Below, piece by piece: positions 10,174 through 21,179 of a DNA stretch of 64,000 nt. The stretch comes from an uncultured Gammaproteobacteria bacterium. GTDB taxonomy: Bacteria; Pseudomonadota; Gammaproteobacteria; JABCZS01. Each line of letters begins with the position of its first letter. Within the stretch, counting starts at the first letter, position 1. The stretch lies in assembly GCA_963848305.1 (NCBI GenBank), contig CAWKDC010000001.1, positions 1,472,001 to 1,536,000 of the forward strand, written 5' to 3'. The notes beneath the pieces are model-generated. The model was not told where the DNA came from. It searched no databases and saw only the letters and a list, made by a program, of their open reading frames with translations. The position numbers and the translations under genes are program-made.

Positions 10174-10451
10174 TGACGACGCTGCGCACAACACCCAACG
10201 GGGTGATGATTGAAGGCGAGCTCACTGTCAACGTGATACCAGGGTTGATTGATCAAGGTAATACATTGATCAAACAATCCGTCGGGGATGTCACGTTTGA
10301 TTTATCTGGCGTGACACATGTCGACAGTGCCAGCTTGGCCTTGCTCATCGATTGGGTACGCTATGCTAAGCGCGAAAAGAAAGTATTGCGTTTTAAGCAT
10401 CTGCCCGGAAAAGTCGTGCAGATGATGAAGTTATCGAATTTGAATTTGTAA
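10173..10451 (+). CDS. mlaB: STAS-domain protein MlaB
   Basis: DLSGVTHVDSASLALL motif; synteny. Confidence 0.92.
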   Translation: MTTLRTTPNGVMIEGELTVNVIPGLIDQGNTLIKQSVGDVTFDLSGVTHVDSASLALLIDWVRYAKREKKVLRFKHLPGKVVQMMKLSNLNL

Positions 10452-10466
10452 GGAAAGGGTGCAAAA

Positions 10467-10510
10467 TCCCCCACCTCGCTTCGCTCGGTTGCTCCCTTTT
10501 TCTAAGGGCG
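10467..10510. repeat. Short palindromic intergenic repeat, related to 60226-60276
   Basis: CCCCCACCTCGCTTCGCTCGG followed by GCTCCCTTTTTCTAAGGG; the latter resembles GCTCCCTTCAAAAAGGG at about 60227. Confidence 0.45.
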
Positions 10511-10553
10511 CGTTAATCCTCGGGGCACAGCTTCGTTTACCTAGGAGACACAA

Positions 10554-11045
10554 ATGAAAACACTCGCCAGCACACTCCTTCTTTGCGCCAGCACCCTTGC
10601 TTTCGCATCAGGCTCTGTCGATTACACTTGCCAATACACTGATACAGGAATCATGCTGGCCATTCTGAACCCCGTCGACAAGGTGCTCGAACGTTCCAAA
10701 ACCGATGATGCTGCAAATAAATGGAAAGCCTGCAGTGTGGGTGAGGCCAGTGCCTTGACCTTCCAAGGCGATCAGCCACGTGAGCTGACAGTGAAAGAAT
10801 CCGATTGCCTGCCCAAGGTATTTAAAGTTTCGTTTACCCCGAGTCAAGCTGTGAGCATCAGCAGCGAGCTAAGCCACGACAGTGCGCCTTTTCGCCGTTG
10901 GAATGTGAATGGCAATAAACGTGCCTCTGATGTTTTCTCGCCAGAGCATGGCAAGGGAACACAAGTCACAGTCCCCGCCTCACGCTATGAAGTGATGTGG
11001 CTTGGATTTTGTGAGGGGACGACGTTCACCTTCAAACCCCTCTAA
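10554..11045 (+). CDS. Hypothetical secreted protein
   Basis: AGGAG RBS; signal peptide MKTLASTLLLCASTLAFA; 4 Cys in the mature part. Confidence 0.75.
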   Translation: MKTLASTLLLCASTLAFASGSVDYTCQYTDTGIMLAILNPVDKVLERSKTDDAANKWKACSVGEASALTFQGDQPRELTVKESDCLPKVFKVSFTPSQAVSISSELSHDSAPFRRWNVNGNKRASDVFSPEHGKGTQVTVPASRYEVMWLGFCEGTTFTFKPL

Positions 11046-11166
11046 AGCATTATCGGGATCGACGTTCTTGTGTCGGGGCACTTTTGCACTTCTTTTTCAG
11101 GTTTATTAAACCCGATCAACCGTTTTAATATGGTGTTCATGATGTAGGCAGATTTTGACTCTGTGA

Positions 11167-11601
11167 CTACATGGGGTGTTGGCTTTGATACGCGGTTGAT
11201 GGGAGATAAAGCAGTTCTCTCTGGCCGACAATATAAAAGAAATTTCCAGGGTGGGATGTTTTGTTATTTTCAGGAATAGCAGTCACTTCCTGGGTATCCA
11301 CCCTTTGAATATCAGCAATGCCATATTTTTTCAGTGTGGCGTGCGCATCGATATCTTCCCCGAAAAAAAGCACGATGCACGCCTGTTTTGCGCGTTCGAG
11401 GGAAAACATATCGGTACTGTCTGCTGAAAGCAGGACATACTCAGTATTCAATCCGCGCAAGCTGTTATGGCAAAATTCACGGGATGCTTGCTCACCGACG
11501 AGCAATACAATGGGTTGTTCTGCCATGGTAAATGCTGCTCGATCTGCAACGTAGATCATTTGAGGGAGAGTATTATTCTTCCCCGCTGAAAATCGAAGCA
11601 T
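11167..11601 (-). CDS. Hypothetical protein
   Basis: AGGAGAGG RBS upstream; fills the gap downstream of murA; no recognised motif. Confidence 0.65.
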   Translation of the reverse strand: MLRFSAGKNNTLPQMIYVADRAAFTMAEQPIVLLVGEQASREFCHNSLRGLNTEYVLLSADSTDMFSLERAKQACIVLFFGEDIDAHATLKKYGIADIQRVDTQEVTAIPENNKTSHPGNFFYIVGQRELLYLPSTAYQSQHPM

Positions 11602-11645
11602 AGATACCTCTCCTGATTAGCTAAAACCCCAGGTTATCCTATACT

Positions 11646-12932
<1,287 letters not shown>

Positions 12933-12958
12933 TCAACTGAAAAACAGAGGAGATTATA

Positions 12959-13303
12959 TCATAGAGTCGTTTCTGCGACCCAGTAATCTTTGGGAACGCG
13001 TGGGGGTGCTTCTTCCAAAAAATCAGTGGGCTCGACAATCTCGTGCGACAGCGTATGCGGCCGCAGGGTTTTCGCTCCTTCACATAAGTGTGCAATGATG
13101 TTGTCTTGATGGGTGTGTAGCGCGTCGACCAGTTCGGCTGTCCTTTGAAAGTGGATGGCTACTTGATTCTGGTAACTTGCCAATTCCTCTTCTTTTTGAG
13201 CGAGCGCTTTTTCAAGCACTTTCCTCGCGGGGTTGCGCATGTAGGCCAGTGCAAAACCCAGGCCGAAGCCGATAAGGAGTGTAATGAGTAGGTAGACGTA
13301 CAT
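12959..13303 (-). CDS. yhcB: YhcB/ZapG (DUF1043) family membrane protein
   Basis: N-terminal TM, YQNQVAIHFQRTAELV, HLCEGA and PKDY motifs. Confidence 0.85.
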   Translation of the reverse strand: MYVYLLITLLIGFGLGFALAYMRNPARKVLEKALAQKEEELASYQNQVAIHFQRTAELVDALHTHQDNIIAHLCEGAKTLRPHTLSHEIVEPTDFLEEAPPRVPKDYWVAETTL

Positions 13304-13368
13304 GGCGGTATCCTTCGCATGAATGTTCACTATACACAGCATGACGAATCTTGTATCTTTCGTCAAGT

Positions 13369-13988
13369 CTATTTTGTGCGAAAATGCGTTAAAAGTGTTT
13401 CCTTCAATAAAGATAAATGCCCGTGAAAAAAGTGGCCACAGTCCGGCAGCACGATCAGCGTGGGTTGCTCTGCACGGTGTTTCGCAAAATCAATCACTAA
13501 TTGACTTGGGACAATCTCATCATGATCGCCTTGGATAATGGTCCAGGGAGATTGAATGGGCGGTAATGTATCGAAATGGGTGTGTTGAACGGCGGGGGCC
13601 ACACTCAGCAATTGCTGACAGGGGCGCAGGATCGAGGCGCGCGCAGCAATATAAGCACCGAATGAAAACCCGAACAACCACAAGGTTTGAAAAGGGTGAT
13701 GGACAGAGAGCCAGTCGATGACAGCCAGCGCATCTTCTATCTCTCCCTCAATATGCCCATATTCACCGGCTGACGCTCCAATGCCGCGGTAGTTAAATCG
13801 GATATGCGTGTGCCCGAGTTCAGTGCAGACCTTAGAAAGCATGGTGACCACTTTATTGTGCATGGTGCCCCCATAGAGAGGGTGAGGGTGGCATATCACC
13901 GTGGCATGGCCATTGGGGTGTTCAGGAACCTCTAGTAGGCTTTCAAGGGGGCCAACGGGCCGGGTATCATGAGGGTTTCAGTTGTCAT
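13369..13988 (-). CDS. Alpha/beta-fold hydrolase (frameshift near 13958)
   Basis: CHPHPLYGGTMHNKVV, GFSFGA and GHFFHG; N-terminus MTTETLMIPG is restored by adding one C to a C run. Confidence 0.9.
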
Positions 13989-14003
13989 GGTGTTATTCTA
14001 AAG

Positions 14004-14032
14004 AAAAAGGGGTGGAACATCCACCCCTTTTT
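14004..14032. terminator. Intrinsic terminator after the HU-like gene
   Basis: AAAAAGGGGTGGA-ACA-TCCACCCCTTTTT perfect stem with A/T tails. Confidence 0.85.
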
Positions 14033-14049
14033 GAAATAGCGCAAATAAA

Positions 14050-14532
14050 TTATTTAGCCATTTCCTTCAACTTCTTCAAAGCCAATACCTTGACGACGTT
14101 GCGTGCAGGTTTTGCTTTGAATACGGTTGGTTCGCCGGTGAAAGGATTGATACCTTTTCTGGCTTTGGTCGCAGGTTTGCGAATGACTTTCAGCTTCATC
14201 AGCCCAGCCAATGCAAACACTTGAGGACCACGTGCTTTCATGTGTTCCTGAATCACGCCTTCCAGTGCTTCCATCACAGATTTGATTTCCTTACTGCTCA
14301 AGCCTGTCATGTCTGACAAGGTTTTGGTCAGTTCGGTTCTGGTGTAAGCGGACTTCACAGCGGGTGCAGCTTTCAGCACGGGGGCAACAGCCTTGACCTT
14401 ACGGGGTGCGGCTTTCTTGGCTGTTTTAGCAACCTTTTTAGCAGCGGTTTTTTTTGCAGCAGGTTTTCTGACAGCTTTCTTCACTGTCTTTTTACGAGCG
14501 GCAGATTTAGCGGGTTTTTTCTTAGCAGGCAT
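14050..14532 (-). CDS. HU-family DNA-binding protein with Lys/Ala-rich histone-H1-like N-terminal tail
   Basis: MPAKKKPAKSAARKK...KKAAP followed by KPATKARKGINPFTGE; AGGAG RBS. Confidence 0.9.
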   Translation of the reverse strand: MPAKKKPAKSAARKKTVKKAVRKPAAKKTAAKKVAKTAKKAAPRKVKAVAPVLKAAPAVKSAYTRTELTKTLSDMTGLSSKEIKSVMEALEGVIQEHMKARGPQVFALAGLMKLKVIRKPATKARKGINPFTGEPTVFKAKPARNVVKVLALKKLKEMAK

Positions 14533-14647
14533 AAGAGATCTCCTAAAAGTGAGCGTATACGTAATTAACATAGCACAGATTTTTAAAAGCATCTTTTTTA
14601 GGCTACGTTTACTGCATGACACCTTTTTAATCGATGGGGATCCTGCA

Positions 14648-15052
14648 ATGAAACACCTTTATTTATACTGTATGACACTTGCGCTCTTCCTTGTGGTAGA
14701 TATGCTCTGGCTCAATGTATTTGCACATGACTACTACATGCGGACACTCAGCACATTATTATTGGAAAAACCCTTGCTATCAGCCGCGGTGCTATTCTAC
14801 TTGCTCTATCCCATTGGTCTCCTGGTGTTTGTGATCGAGCCAGGTTTGAGTGGGGGTGCCAGCGCTTGGACAGTCCTTTGGAAAGGGATGTTCTTGGGGG
14901 TGTTAGCTTATGCAACATATGACCTCACAAATTTGGCTACTTTAAAAGGCTGGTCTGTGTTACTATCTGCCGTGGACATCCTGTGGGGTGGCCTGGTGTC
15001 GGGTGGCGTGTCTATCTCGACATTTTTAATATTTAAACGTTTTTTTGCCTAA
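14648..15052 (+). CDS. DUF2177-family membrane protein
   Basis: DMLWL, FYLLY, AYATYDLTNLATLKGW and VDILWG motifs. Confidence 0.85.
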   Translation: MKHLYLYCMTLALFLVVDMLWLNVFAHDYYMRTLSTLLLEKPLLSAAVLFYLLYPIGLLVFVIEPGLSGGASAWTVLWKGMFLGVLAYATYDLTNLATLKGWSVLLSAVDILWGGLVSGGVSISTFLIFKRFFA

Positions 15053-15126
15053 CAGCCCTTGTCAGCGACGGTTGAGTTGGGTAAAATAGCGCTTCTTTTG
15101 GGAGAAGCGTATTCTCGGAGTAATAC

Positions 15127-15567
15127 ATGAAAACGATCAGCGCGAAGCCGCATGAAGTGCAACATGCGTGGTATGTAATTGATGCACAAGACAAAGTTCT
15201 CGGCCGGATGGCTTCCCGTGTAGCGGGCATCCTGCGTGGTAAGCACAAACCTATTTATACACCACATGTGGATACTGGGGATTTTGTGATTATCATCAAC
15301 GCCAGCCAAATTAAAGTGACCGGTAAGAAGGCGACGGACAAAAAATACTTTCACCATTCTGGTTTCCCAGGTGGTATTAAAGAAGCCACCTTTGAAGATG
15401 CCCTAGAGAAAAACCCTGCTCGAGTGATTGAGTTGGCAATCAAAGGCATGTTACCCAAAGGGCCGTTGGGTCGTGACATGTTCAGGAAACTGAAAGTGTA
15501 CGGTGGTGCTGAGCATCCCCATGCCGCACAACAACCCATTCCTCTTGACACTGATAGTTTAACTTAA
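15127..15567 (+). CDS. rplM: 50S ribosomal protein L13
   Basis: [17 protein letters not shown] motif. Confidence 0.99.
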   Translation: MKTISAKPHEVQHAWYVIDAQDKVLGRMASRVAGILRGKHKPIYTPHVDTGDFVIIINASQIKVTGKKATDKKYFHHSGFPGGIKEATFEDALEKNPARVIELAIKGMLPKGPLGRDMFRKLKVYGGAEHPHAAQQPIPLDTDSLT

Positions 15568-15576
15568 AGGTAGCTT

Positions 15577-16005
15577 ATGAATTTAGCAGCAACATGTTAT
15601 GGTACAGGTCGACGCAAATGTTCTATTGCGCGTGTTTTCTTGAAAAAGGGCACGGGTCGCGTCACTGTTAACTATAAAGACGTCAACGACTTTTTCACAC
15701 GTCCAACAGACGTTCAAACCGCATTATCTCCCCTGGCTGCAGTAGACATGCTCGACGGGTTCGATTTGCTGATCACCGTCAAAGGTGGTGGGTGCACAGG
15801 CCAAGCTGGGGCGATTCGCCACGGGTTAGCGCGTGCCCTGGTGGTCTATGATAAAGCCGTTGAAGGCAGCAGTGAAGAAGGCGTGATGGGCTTTAAACGT
15901 GTTTTGCGTACAGCAGGCATGCTCACACGTGACTCACGTAGCGTTGAACGTAAGAAAGTCGGTAAGCCAAAGGCACGTCGTTCGAAGCAATTCTCCAAAC
16001 GTTAA
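15577..16005 (+). CDS. rpsI: 30S ribosomal protein S9
   Basis: YGTGRRK, GQAGAIRHG, ERKK and QFSKR motifs. Confidence 0.99.
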   Translation: MNLAATCYGTGRRKCSIARVFLKKGTGRVTVNYKDVNDFFTRPTDVQTALSPLAAVDMLDGFDLLITVKGGGCTGQAGAIRHGLARALVVYDKAVEGSSEEGVMGFKRVLRTAGMLTRDSRSVERKKVGKPKARRSKQFSKR

Positions 16006-16026
16006 TCTGCAGGAGGCCCAACTGTT

Positions 16027-16629
16027 ATGAGCCAGCAAGGGAACGAGCAAGGGGTGAACCGCAGTCGTCGTCGCTTCTTGACGGCTGCTACCACGGTGAT
16101 TGGTGGTATTGGGGCAGCTTACATGGCTGTACCCCTCATTGGTTCCTGGGAACCTAGCGCGCGTGCGCAGGCCGCCGGGGCACCTGTTGAAGTGGATATT
16201 TCTAAAATTGAAGAAGGCCAGCAGGTCACTGTTGAGTGGCGTTCCAAGCCGGTTTGGATTGTGCGCCGCACGCAAGCGATGTTGGACACTTTGCCAACCT
16301 TGAAAAGCCGTTTGCGCGACCCCAATTCTTTGGTAGAAACACAGCAACCTACTTATTGTCAAAACATTTACCGTTCGATCAAGCCAGAGTATTTGGTCGC
16401 TGTGGGTATTTGTACCCATTTGGGTTGTGTGCCTACCTATCGTCCTGATCCTGGGTCCTTGGCGGTAGATTGGCCGGGTGGTTTTTATTGCCCTTGTCAT
16501 GGTTCTCAGTTTGATTTGTCAGGTCGCGTGTTTAAAGGCGTTCCTGCACCCACGAACCTTGAAATTCCACCTTATCACTATGTCAGTGATACCGTGATCC
16601 TGGTGGGTGAAGACGGAGGCTCAGTATGA
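16027..16629 (+). CDS. petA: Ubiquinol-cytochrome c reductase Rieske subunit
   Basis: Tat motif SRRRFL; CTHLGC and CPCHGS. Confidence 0.98.
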   Translation: MSQQGNEQGVNRSRRRFLTAATTVIGGIGAAYMAVPLIGSWEPSARAQAAGAPVEVDISKIEEGQQVTVEWRSKPVWIVRRTQAMLDTLPTLKSRLRDPNSLVETQQPTYCQNIYRSIKPEYLVAVGICTHLGCVPTYRPDPGSLAVDWPGGFYCPCHGSQFDLSGRVFKGVPAPTNLEIPPYHYVSDTVILVGEDGGSV

Positions 16630-17849
16630 GTAATGCTGGAAATGGATTCATGAATTGGCTGAACGAGCGTTTGCCCGTCACAGAATTTTATCGGAAACAT
16701 CTTTCCGAATATTATGCGCCGAAAAATTTTAATTTCTGGTACTATTTTGGCTCTTTGGCCTTGTTTGTGCTGGTATTGCAATTGGTGTCGGGTATTTGGT
16801 TGGCCATGAGCTATGTGCCGACGGAGAAAGAAGCTTTCGCCTCTGTTGAATACATCATGCGTGATGTGAGGTATGGTGATCTGATTCGTTATGCCCATAC
16901 GACGGGTGCATCGGCATTCTTTTTTGTGGTGTACATGCACATGTTCCGGGGCCTATTATATGGTTCTTTTCAGCGTCCCCGTGAACTGGTCTGGTTGCTG
17001 GGCATGGGCATTTTCTTGGTGTTGATGGCCGAAGCATTCTTGGGTTATCTCCTGCCATGGGGGCAAATGTCGTTTTGGGGTGCACAAGTGATCACATCAC
17101 TGTTTGGCGCCATTCCCAAAATCGGTGATGCGTTGGTGCTGTGGATCCGTGGAGATTATAATATTTCCGGCGCAACCCTTAACCGTTTCTTTGCTTTGCA
17201 TGTGGTGGCGTTGCCTATTGTATTGCTGGGTATTGTGTTGATCCATCTGGTGGCATTGCATGAAGTGGGATCTAATAATCCTGATGGTGTGGATATCAAG
17301 AAGCACAAAGACTCGACAGGTAAGCCAATCGATGGGATTCCCTTTCAGCCTTACTATACTGTCAAAGATTTGGTGGGCGTGGGTGTGTTCCTGATCGCAT
17401 TCTGCTCTGTCCTATTTTTTGTGCCAGAGATGGGCGGTTACTTTATCGAACACCCGAACTTTATTCCGGCCGATCCGCTGGTGACGCCTGAACACATTGC
17501 GCCCGTATGGTATATGACGCCTTTTTACTCGATTCTCCGCGCCATTCCTGATAAATTGATGGGTGTGTTGGCCATGGCGGGTTCATTGGCTGTGCTGTTT
17601 GTTTTGCCTTGGTTAGATCGCAGTGGTGTTCGTTCCATCCGTTATAAGGGCTGGTTGTTCAAAGGCTTTTTGATCATGTTTGTGATTTGTTTCTTGGGGC
17701 TTGGCTACTTAGGCGGGTTGCCGCCCACACCGGTGAAGACATTCTTCGCCAGGTTGTTTACGGTAGGTTACTTTGGCTTTTTTCTGCTGATGCCTTTTTA
17801 TTCGAAAATGGACAAGACTAAGCCAGTGCCAGAGAGGATTACGGAATGA
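16626..17849 (+). CDS. petB: Cytochrome b
   Basis: GYLLPWGQMSFWGA and HIAPVWY motifs. Confidence 0.98.
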   Translation: MSNAGNGFMNWLNERLPVTEFYRKHLSEYYAPKNFNFWYYFGSLALFVLVLQLVSGIWLAMSYVPTEKEAFASVEYIMRDVRYGDLIRYAHTTGASAFFFVVYMHMFRGLLYGSFQRPRELVWLLGMGIFLVLMAEAFLGYLLPWGQMSFWGAQVITSLFGAIPKIGDALVLWIRGDYNISGATLNRFFALHVVALPIVLLGIVLIHLVALHEVGSNNPDGVDIKKHKDSTGKPIDGIPFQPYYTVKDLVGVGVFLIAFCSVLFFVPEMGGYFIEHPNFIPADPLVTPEHIAPVWYMTPFYSILRAIPDKLMGVLAMAGSLAVLFVLPWLDRSGVRSIRYKGWLFKGFLIMFVICFLGLGYLGGLPPTPVKTFFARLFTVGYFGFFLLMPFYSKMDKTKPVPERITE

Positions 17850-18631
17850 TGAAAGGATCGTTATTACGCATCGCGCTTGTTGCTTCACTGACCATGGGCG
17901 TCACGTCAGCGCAAGCTGCATCAGGAGAGGTTCATTTTGTGTATGATATGCCGGCTCTTGACATGCGCGATCAGTCTTCGTTGCAGCGCGGTGCAAAATA
18001 TTTCATGAATTATTGCAGTGGATGTCATGGCTTACAATACATGCGTTACTCACAAATGGCTGAGGGCATTGGGGTGACAGATGCGGATGGCAAAGTCAAC
18101 GACAAAATTTTGAAAGCAAACCTGATGTTCACCGCGGACAGTACTGGTGCATTGATTCAAACTGCCATGGATCCTAAAATGGCGAAGCAATGGTTTGGTA
18201 CCAAAGTACCTGATTTAACGCTTGAAACGAAGGCGCGTGGTGCCGATTGGGTTTACAATTATTTGTTGTCTTTTTATCCAGATCCCAAACGTCCATTTGG
18301 GGTGAACAACACTGTCTACCCAGAAGTGGCTATGCCAAACGTTTTGGAATCATTACAAGGTATTCAAAAGCCCGTGTATGAAACGGTTGGTTACGATGAA
18401 GACAAGCGGCCGATTGAAGTGTTGTCTGGTTTTGAGTTAGTGGAAAAAGGGGCTTTAACGCCTCAGGAGTTCCAGCAAGTCACCTATGATTTGGTGAATT
18501 TTTTAAATTTCGCAGCGGATCCTAAAAAAATCCAACGTGAACGTGCTGGGGTGATTGTGTTGTTGTTCTTGGTGATATTCACAACTTTTGCTTATTTGTT
18601 AAAGCGTGAATATTGGAAAGATGTAGAGTGA
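17846..18631 (+). CDS. petC: Cytochrome c1
   Basis: LQRGAKYFMNYCSGCH; C-terminal TM and LKREYWKDV. Confidence 0.97.
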   Translation: MMKGSLLRIALVASLTMGVTSAQAASGEVHFVYDMPALDMRDQSSLQRGAKYFMNYCSGCHGLQYMRYSQMAEGIGVTDADGKVNDKILKANLMFTADSTGALIQTAMDPKMAKQWFGTKVPDLTLETKARGADWVYNYLLSFYPDPKRPFGVNNTVYPEVAMPNVLESLQGIQKPVYETVGYDEDKRPIEVLSGFELVEKGALTPQEFQQVTYDLVNFLNFAADPKKIQRERAGVIVLLFLVIFTTFAYLLKREYWKDVE

Positions 18632-18643
18632 GTTTTTTATTGA

Positions 18644-19304
18644 ATGTTTGAGAAAATCATGTCAAGCACCGTCCATAATCAAAATACGTTGTACTACGAT
18701 ATCACTGACGTCAGTGATATCAAGAGTCATTGTTGCCGTATGGCCATCGCCTATAAAGGGATCCAAGTGGATTTCAAATCGATGTCGCGGGATAACCCCG
18801 AAGCGATTTTTGAGATCAACCCTTATGGCTCTCTACCCAGCTGGATAGACAGAGACGTGGCCCTGTACGATTGGCGCACTATTTTTGAATATATGGAAGA
18901 ACGCTACCCTGCGCCCAGTTTGTTGCCGCAAGTACCTGGTTCACGTGCCACGATACGCAGTCTTTGCTATCGTATTGATCGCGATTGGTTGGCGCGCATT
19001 GCACACTTGGAATTGCGTGATGAAGTGGAACGTGCCGCTGTTGCGAAAAGCCTTTCTGACGGTTTGGTCTCATTGATTCCCCATATTTTTAAACAAGGTT
19101 TCATGGCCTCTGAAACGCTCAGCTATGCGGATTGCATGCTAGCGGCCATTTTATGGCGCTTGCCCTTGTTGGGTATTTCTCTGCCGCTTACTGCGGTGTC
19201 GATTGGTGGAGTATGCGAAGCGTATTTTCGCGATGTCTTTCTTCAAACAAAGCTTAACGCCCCAAGAGCGCGCGATTTATTTGGTTGGGAAGGTCTCCGC
19301 ATGA
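18644..19304 (+). CDS. sspA: Stringent starvation protein A (frameshift near 19200)
   Basis: INPYGSLP, EYMEERYPAPSLLP and LWRLP; the expected tail EYAKRIFAMSFFKQSLTPQER is in another frame ending at TGA 19304. Confidence 0.88.
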
Positions 19305-19747
19305 TGACTGCCAAACGTCCTTATCTGCTGCGTGCTATTCACCAATGGATTTTGGATAACGGCAAAGTCCCTTACATGTTGGTTGATGCGACTCAACCAA
19401 ATGTGGTAGTGCCTAAAGAACATGTGGTCGATGGGAATATCATTTTAAACATCGATCCCAAAGCAGCTGATAAATTATCATTGGGCAATTGGTTGATTTG
19501 TTTTAATGCCCGTTTTGCTCGAGGATATATGGACTGTGTCGTTCCATTGTCTGCGGTCATGGGCATCTACACCAGTGACACCAGCGAAGGTTACTTTTTT
19601 GATCCAGATGACCTTGGCGAAGCACCTTTTCCCAAAACCATCGATGAATTGATTCGGCTTGAAAAAGGCGACGGTGATGGGGGTGGAGATGATCGCGGCA
19701 GCAAAGGGAAAGGCGGTCCCAGTTTCTTAACCCTGGTGAAATCTTGA
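19301..19747 (+). CDS. sspB: ClpXP adaptor SspB
   Basis: KRPYLLRAIHQWILDN, IILNI and FNARF; C-terminal LTLVK. Confidence 0.92.
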   Translation: MMTAKRPYLLRAIHQWILDNGKVPYMLVDATQPNVVVPKEHVVDGNIILNIDPKAADKLSLGNWLICFNARFARGYMDCVVPLSAVMGIYTSDTSEGYFFDPDDLGEAPFPKTIDELIRLEKGDGDGGGDDRGSKGKGGPSFLTLVKS

Positions 19748-20172
19748 CCACTTTGGCCGTCCGGGCGCAGTACCTCGAGCGCTTAGGCGTTCCTGCATAC
19801 GTCCCACGTGTGTTGAATCCGCTTCCCATGACCCATTGGGAGGGTCCAAAAGATGCTGCCTTGGTGTTTGTGTTTCAATATGAAGCAGATACGCTCGATT
19901 GGCAAACCCCTTCCCTGCAATTACTTCAAAAAATCATGGATGCTGTTGGTGTACCCCAATGCCCTATGGCCCTATGTTATGCGCCGACTTTACCCATTGA
20001 AATACCAGCCTTTTCTCGTCAACCTACATTGATCACTTTTGGTCAACACCTGCTGAGGCCTTCTCGCCTCAAGATTATTGACACGCTGCCGTTATGTGAG
20101 TTACAATACCAAAATTCAGCCAAGCGCACCTTGTGGCAGGCTCTCAAGGAGATTAAAGCAGGTTATGTCTAA
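19744..20172 (+). CDS. HolD (Pol III psi)-like / UDG-fold hypothetical protein
   Basis: YLERLGVPAY, LLQKIMDAV and AKRTLWQAL; occupies the usual position upstream of rimI. Confidence 0.6.
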   Translation: MTTLAVRAQYLERLGVPAYVPRVLNPLPMTHWEGPKDAALVFVFQYEADTLDWQTPSLQLLQKIMDAVGVPQCPMALCYAPTLPIEIPAFSRQPTLITFGQHLLRPSRLKIIDTLPLCELQYQNSAKRTLWQALKEIKAGYV

Positions 20173-20641
20173 GCCAGTTGTACGTGCTATTCGTCCCATG
20201 TCGATGTCAGACCTCGATGTTGTGGAGGATATACAAAACAGATCCAGTATTTGTCCATGGCCGCGGCATATTCTCGAGACGGTGTGTCGTCAATTCGAGG
20301 GATATGTTATCTCTGAAGGTGACACGATGATTGGGTTTGGTTTTTTATTATGCCAAGTCGAAGAAGTGCATATTCTAAATATCGCCATTTTGCCTCATTA
20401 TCAGGGTCGCGGGATTGGTCGCGAACTAATGAATTTTCTGGTCGATCGTGCGAAAAAACACGGTGGTATTTACATGATTTTAGAAGTACGCCCAACGAAC
20501 AAAACAGCCATTTCTCTTTACGAAAGCATGGGTTTTAAGAAAATTGGTGTGCGCAAAGGCTATTATGAAATACCCGACTCGATCGAACGCGAAGATGCCT
20601 GGGTTTTTTCATTGCGGCTGGTGCCCAGACAGTCATCCTAG
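20165..20641 (+). CDS. rimI: Ribosomal protein S18 alanine N-acetyltransferase
   Basis: EVHILNIAI, QGRGIG, LEVRPTN, GVRKGYY and EDA motifs. Confidence 0.95.
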   Translation: MSKPVVRAIRPMSMSDLDVVEDIQNRSSICPWPRHILETVCRQFEGYVISEGDTMIGFGFLLCQVEEVHILNIAILPHYQGRGIGRELMNFLVDRAKKHGGIYMILEVRPTNKTAISLYESMGFKKIGVRKGYYEIPDSIEREDAWVFSLRLVPRQSS

Positions 20642-20682
20642 AGTGACTCGAGCAGGTTAACATCTTTAATAGGGGGAACGAG

Positions 20683-21132
20683 ATGAAAGTTGATAATGAA
20701 GCGATGGTCCTTATGGATGGCTTTTATAAAGGGATTCGATATGGTTTTTCAGGGCTAATATTGGCAGGGGCTCTGACAGCCTATCTGATAGGCGTTATCC
20801 AGGCTGGCACAGGTGACTATTCGCTATATGGGAGTAGTCGTGAGGGTGCATTAATTGCACACACATTCTTATCCCTTTTAATAGCAGGGGCAAGTCTTGT
20901 GGGTTTGCTGGCTTTTTCAGCAAATCCTAGACGAAATGCAAAACAGCAATTTTTAATGTGCACCTATGCTTTTTCCTTGGTTTCATATTTTATGGTGCTT
21001 TTTATCAAAGATGGGAGCGTGGGCATGTCCGTTTTTTCAGGCTTTGCCAGTGCAGCATTTTTAGTCGGTGCTGCACGATATGCATATTCTGAAAAAGATA
21101 CTGAATACCAGTCATTACAATTTGGACAATAG
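20683..21132 (+). CDS. Hypothetical four-TM membrane protein
   Basis: GGGGG RBS; four hydrophobic segments; AT-rich sequence. Confidence 0.7.
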   Translation: MKVDNEAMVLMDGFYKGIRYGFSGLILAGALTAYLIGVIQAGTGDYSLYGSSREGALIAHTFLSLLIAGASLVGLLAFSANPRRNAKQQFLMCTYAFSLVSYFMVLFIKDGSVGMSVFSGFASAAFLVGAARYAYSEKDTEYQSLQFGQ

Positions 21133-21179
21133 TCGATAAATGCATCAGCATACCTGACTTCATTTGTGCATGATGAAAA

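Noticed and set aside
18644-19747. Apparent SspA-SspB fusion protein (367 aa in the ORF track)
   Set aside because: The normal SspA C-terminus and stop lie in another frame overlapping the sspB ATG; an indel near 19200 explains the fusion.
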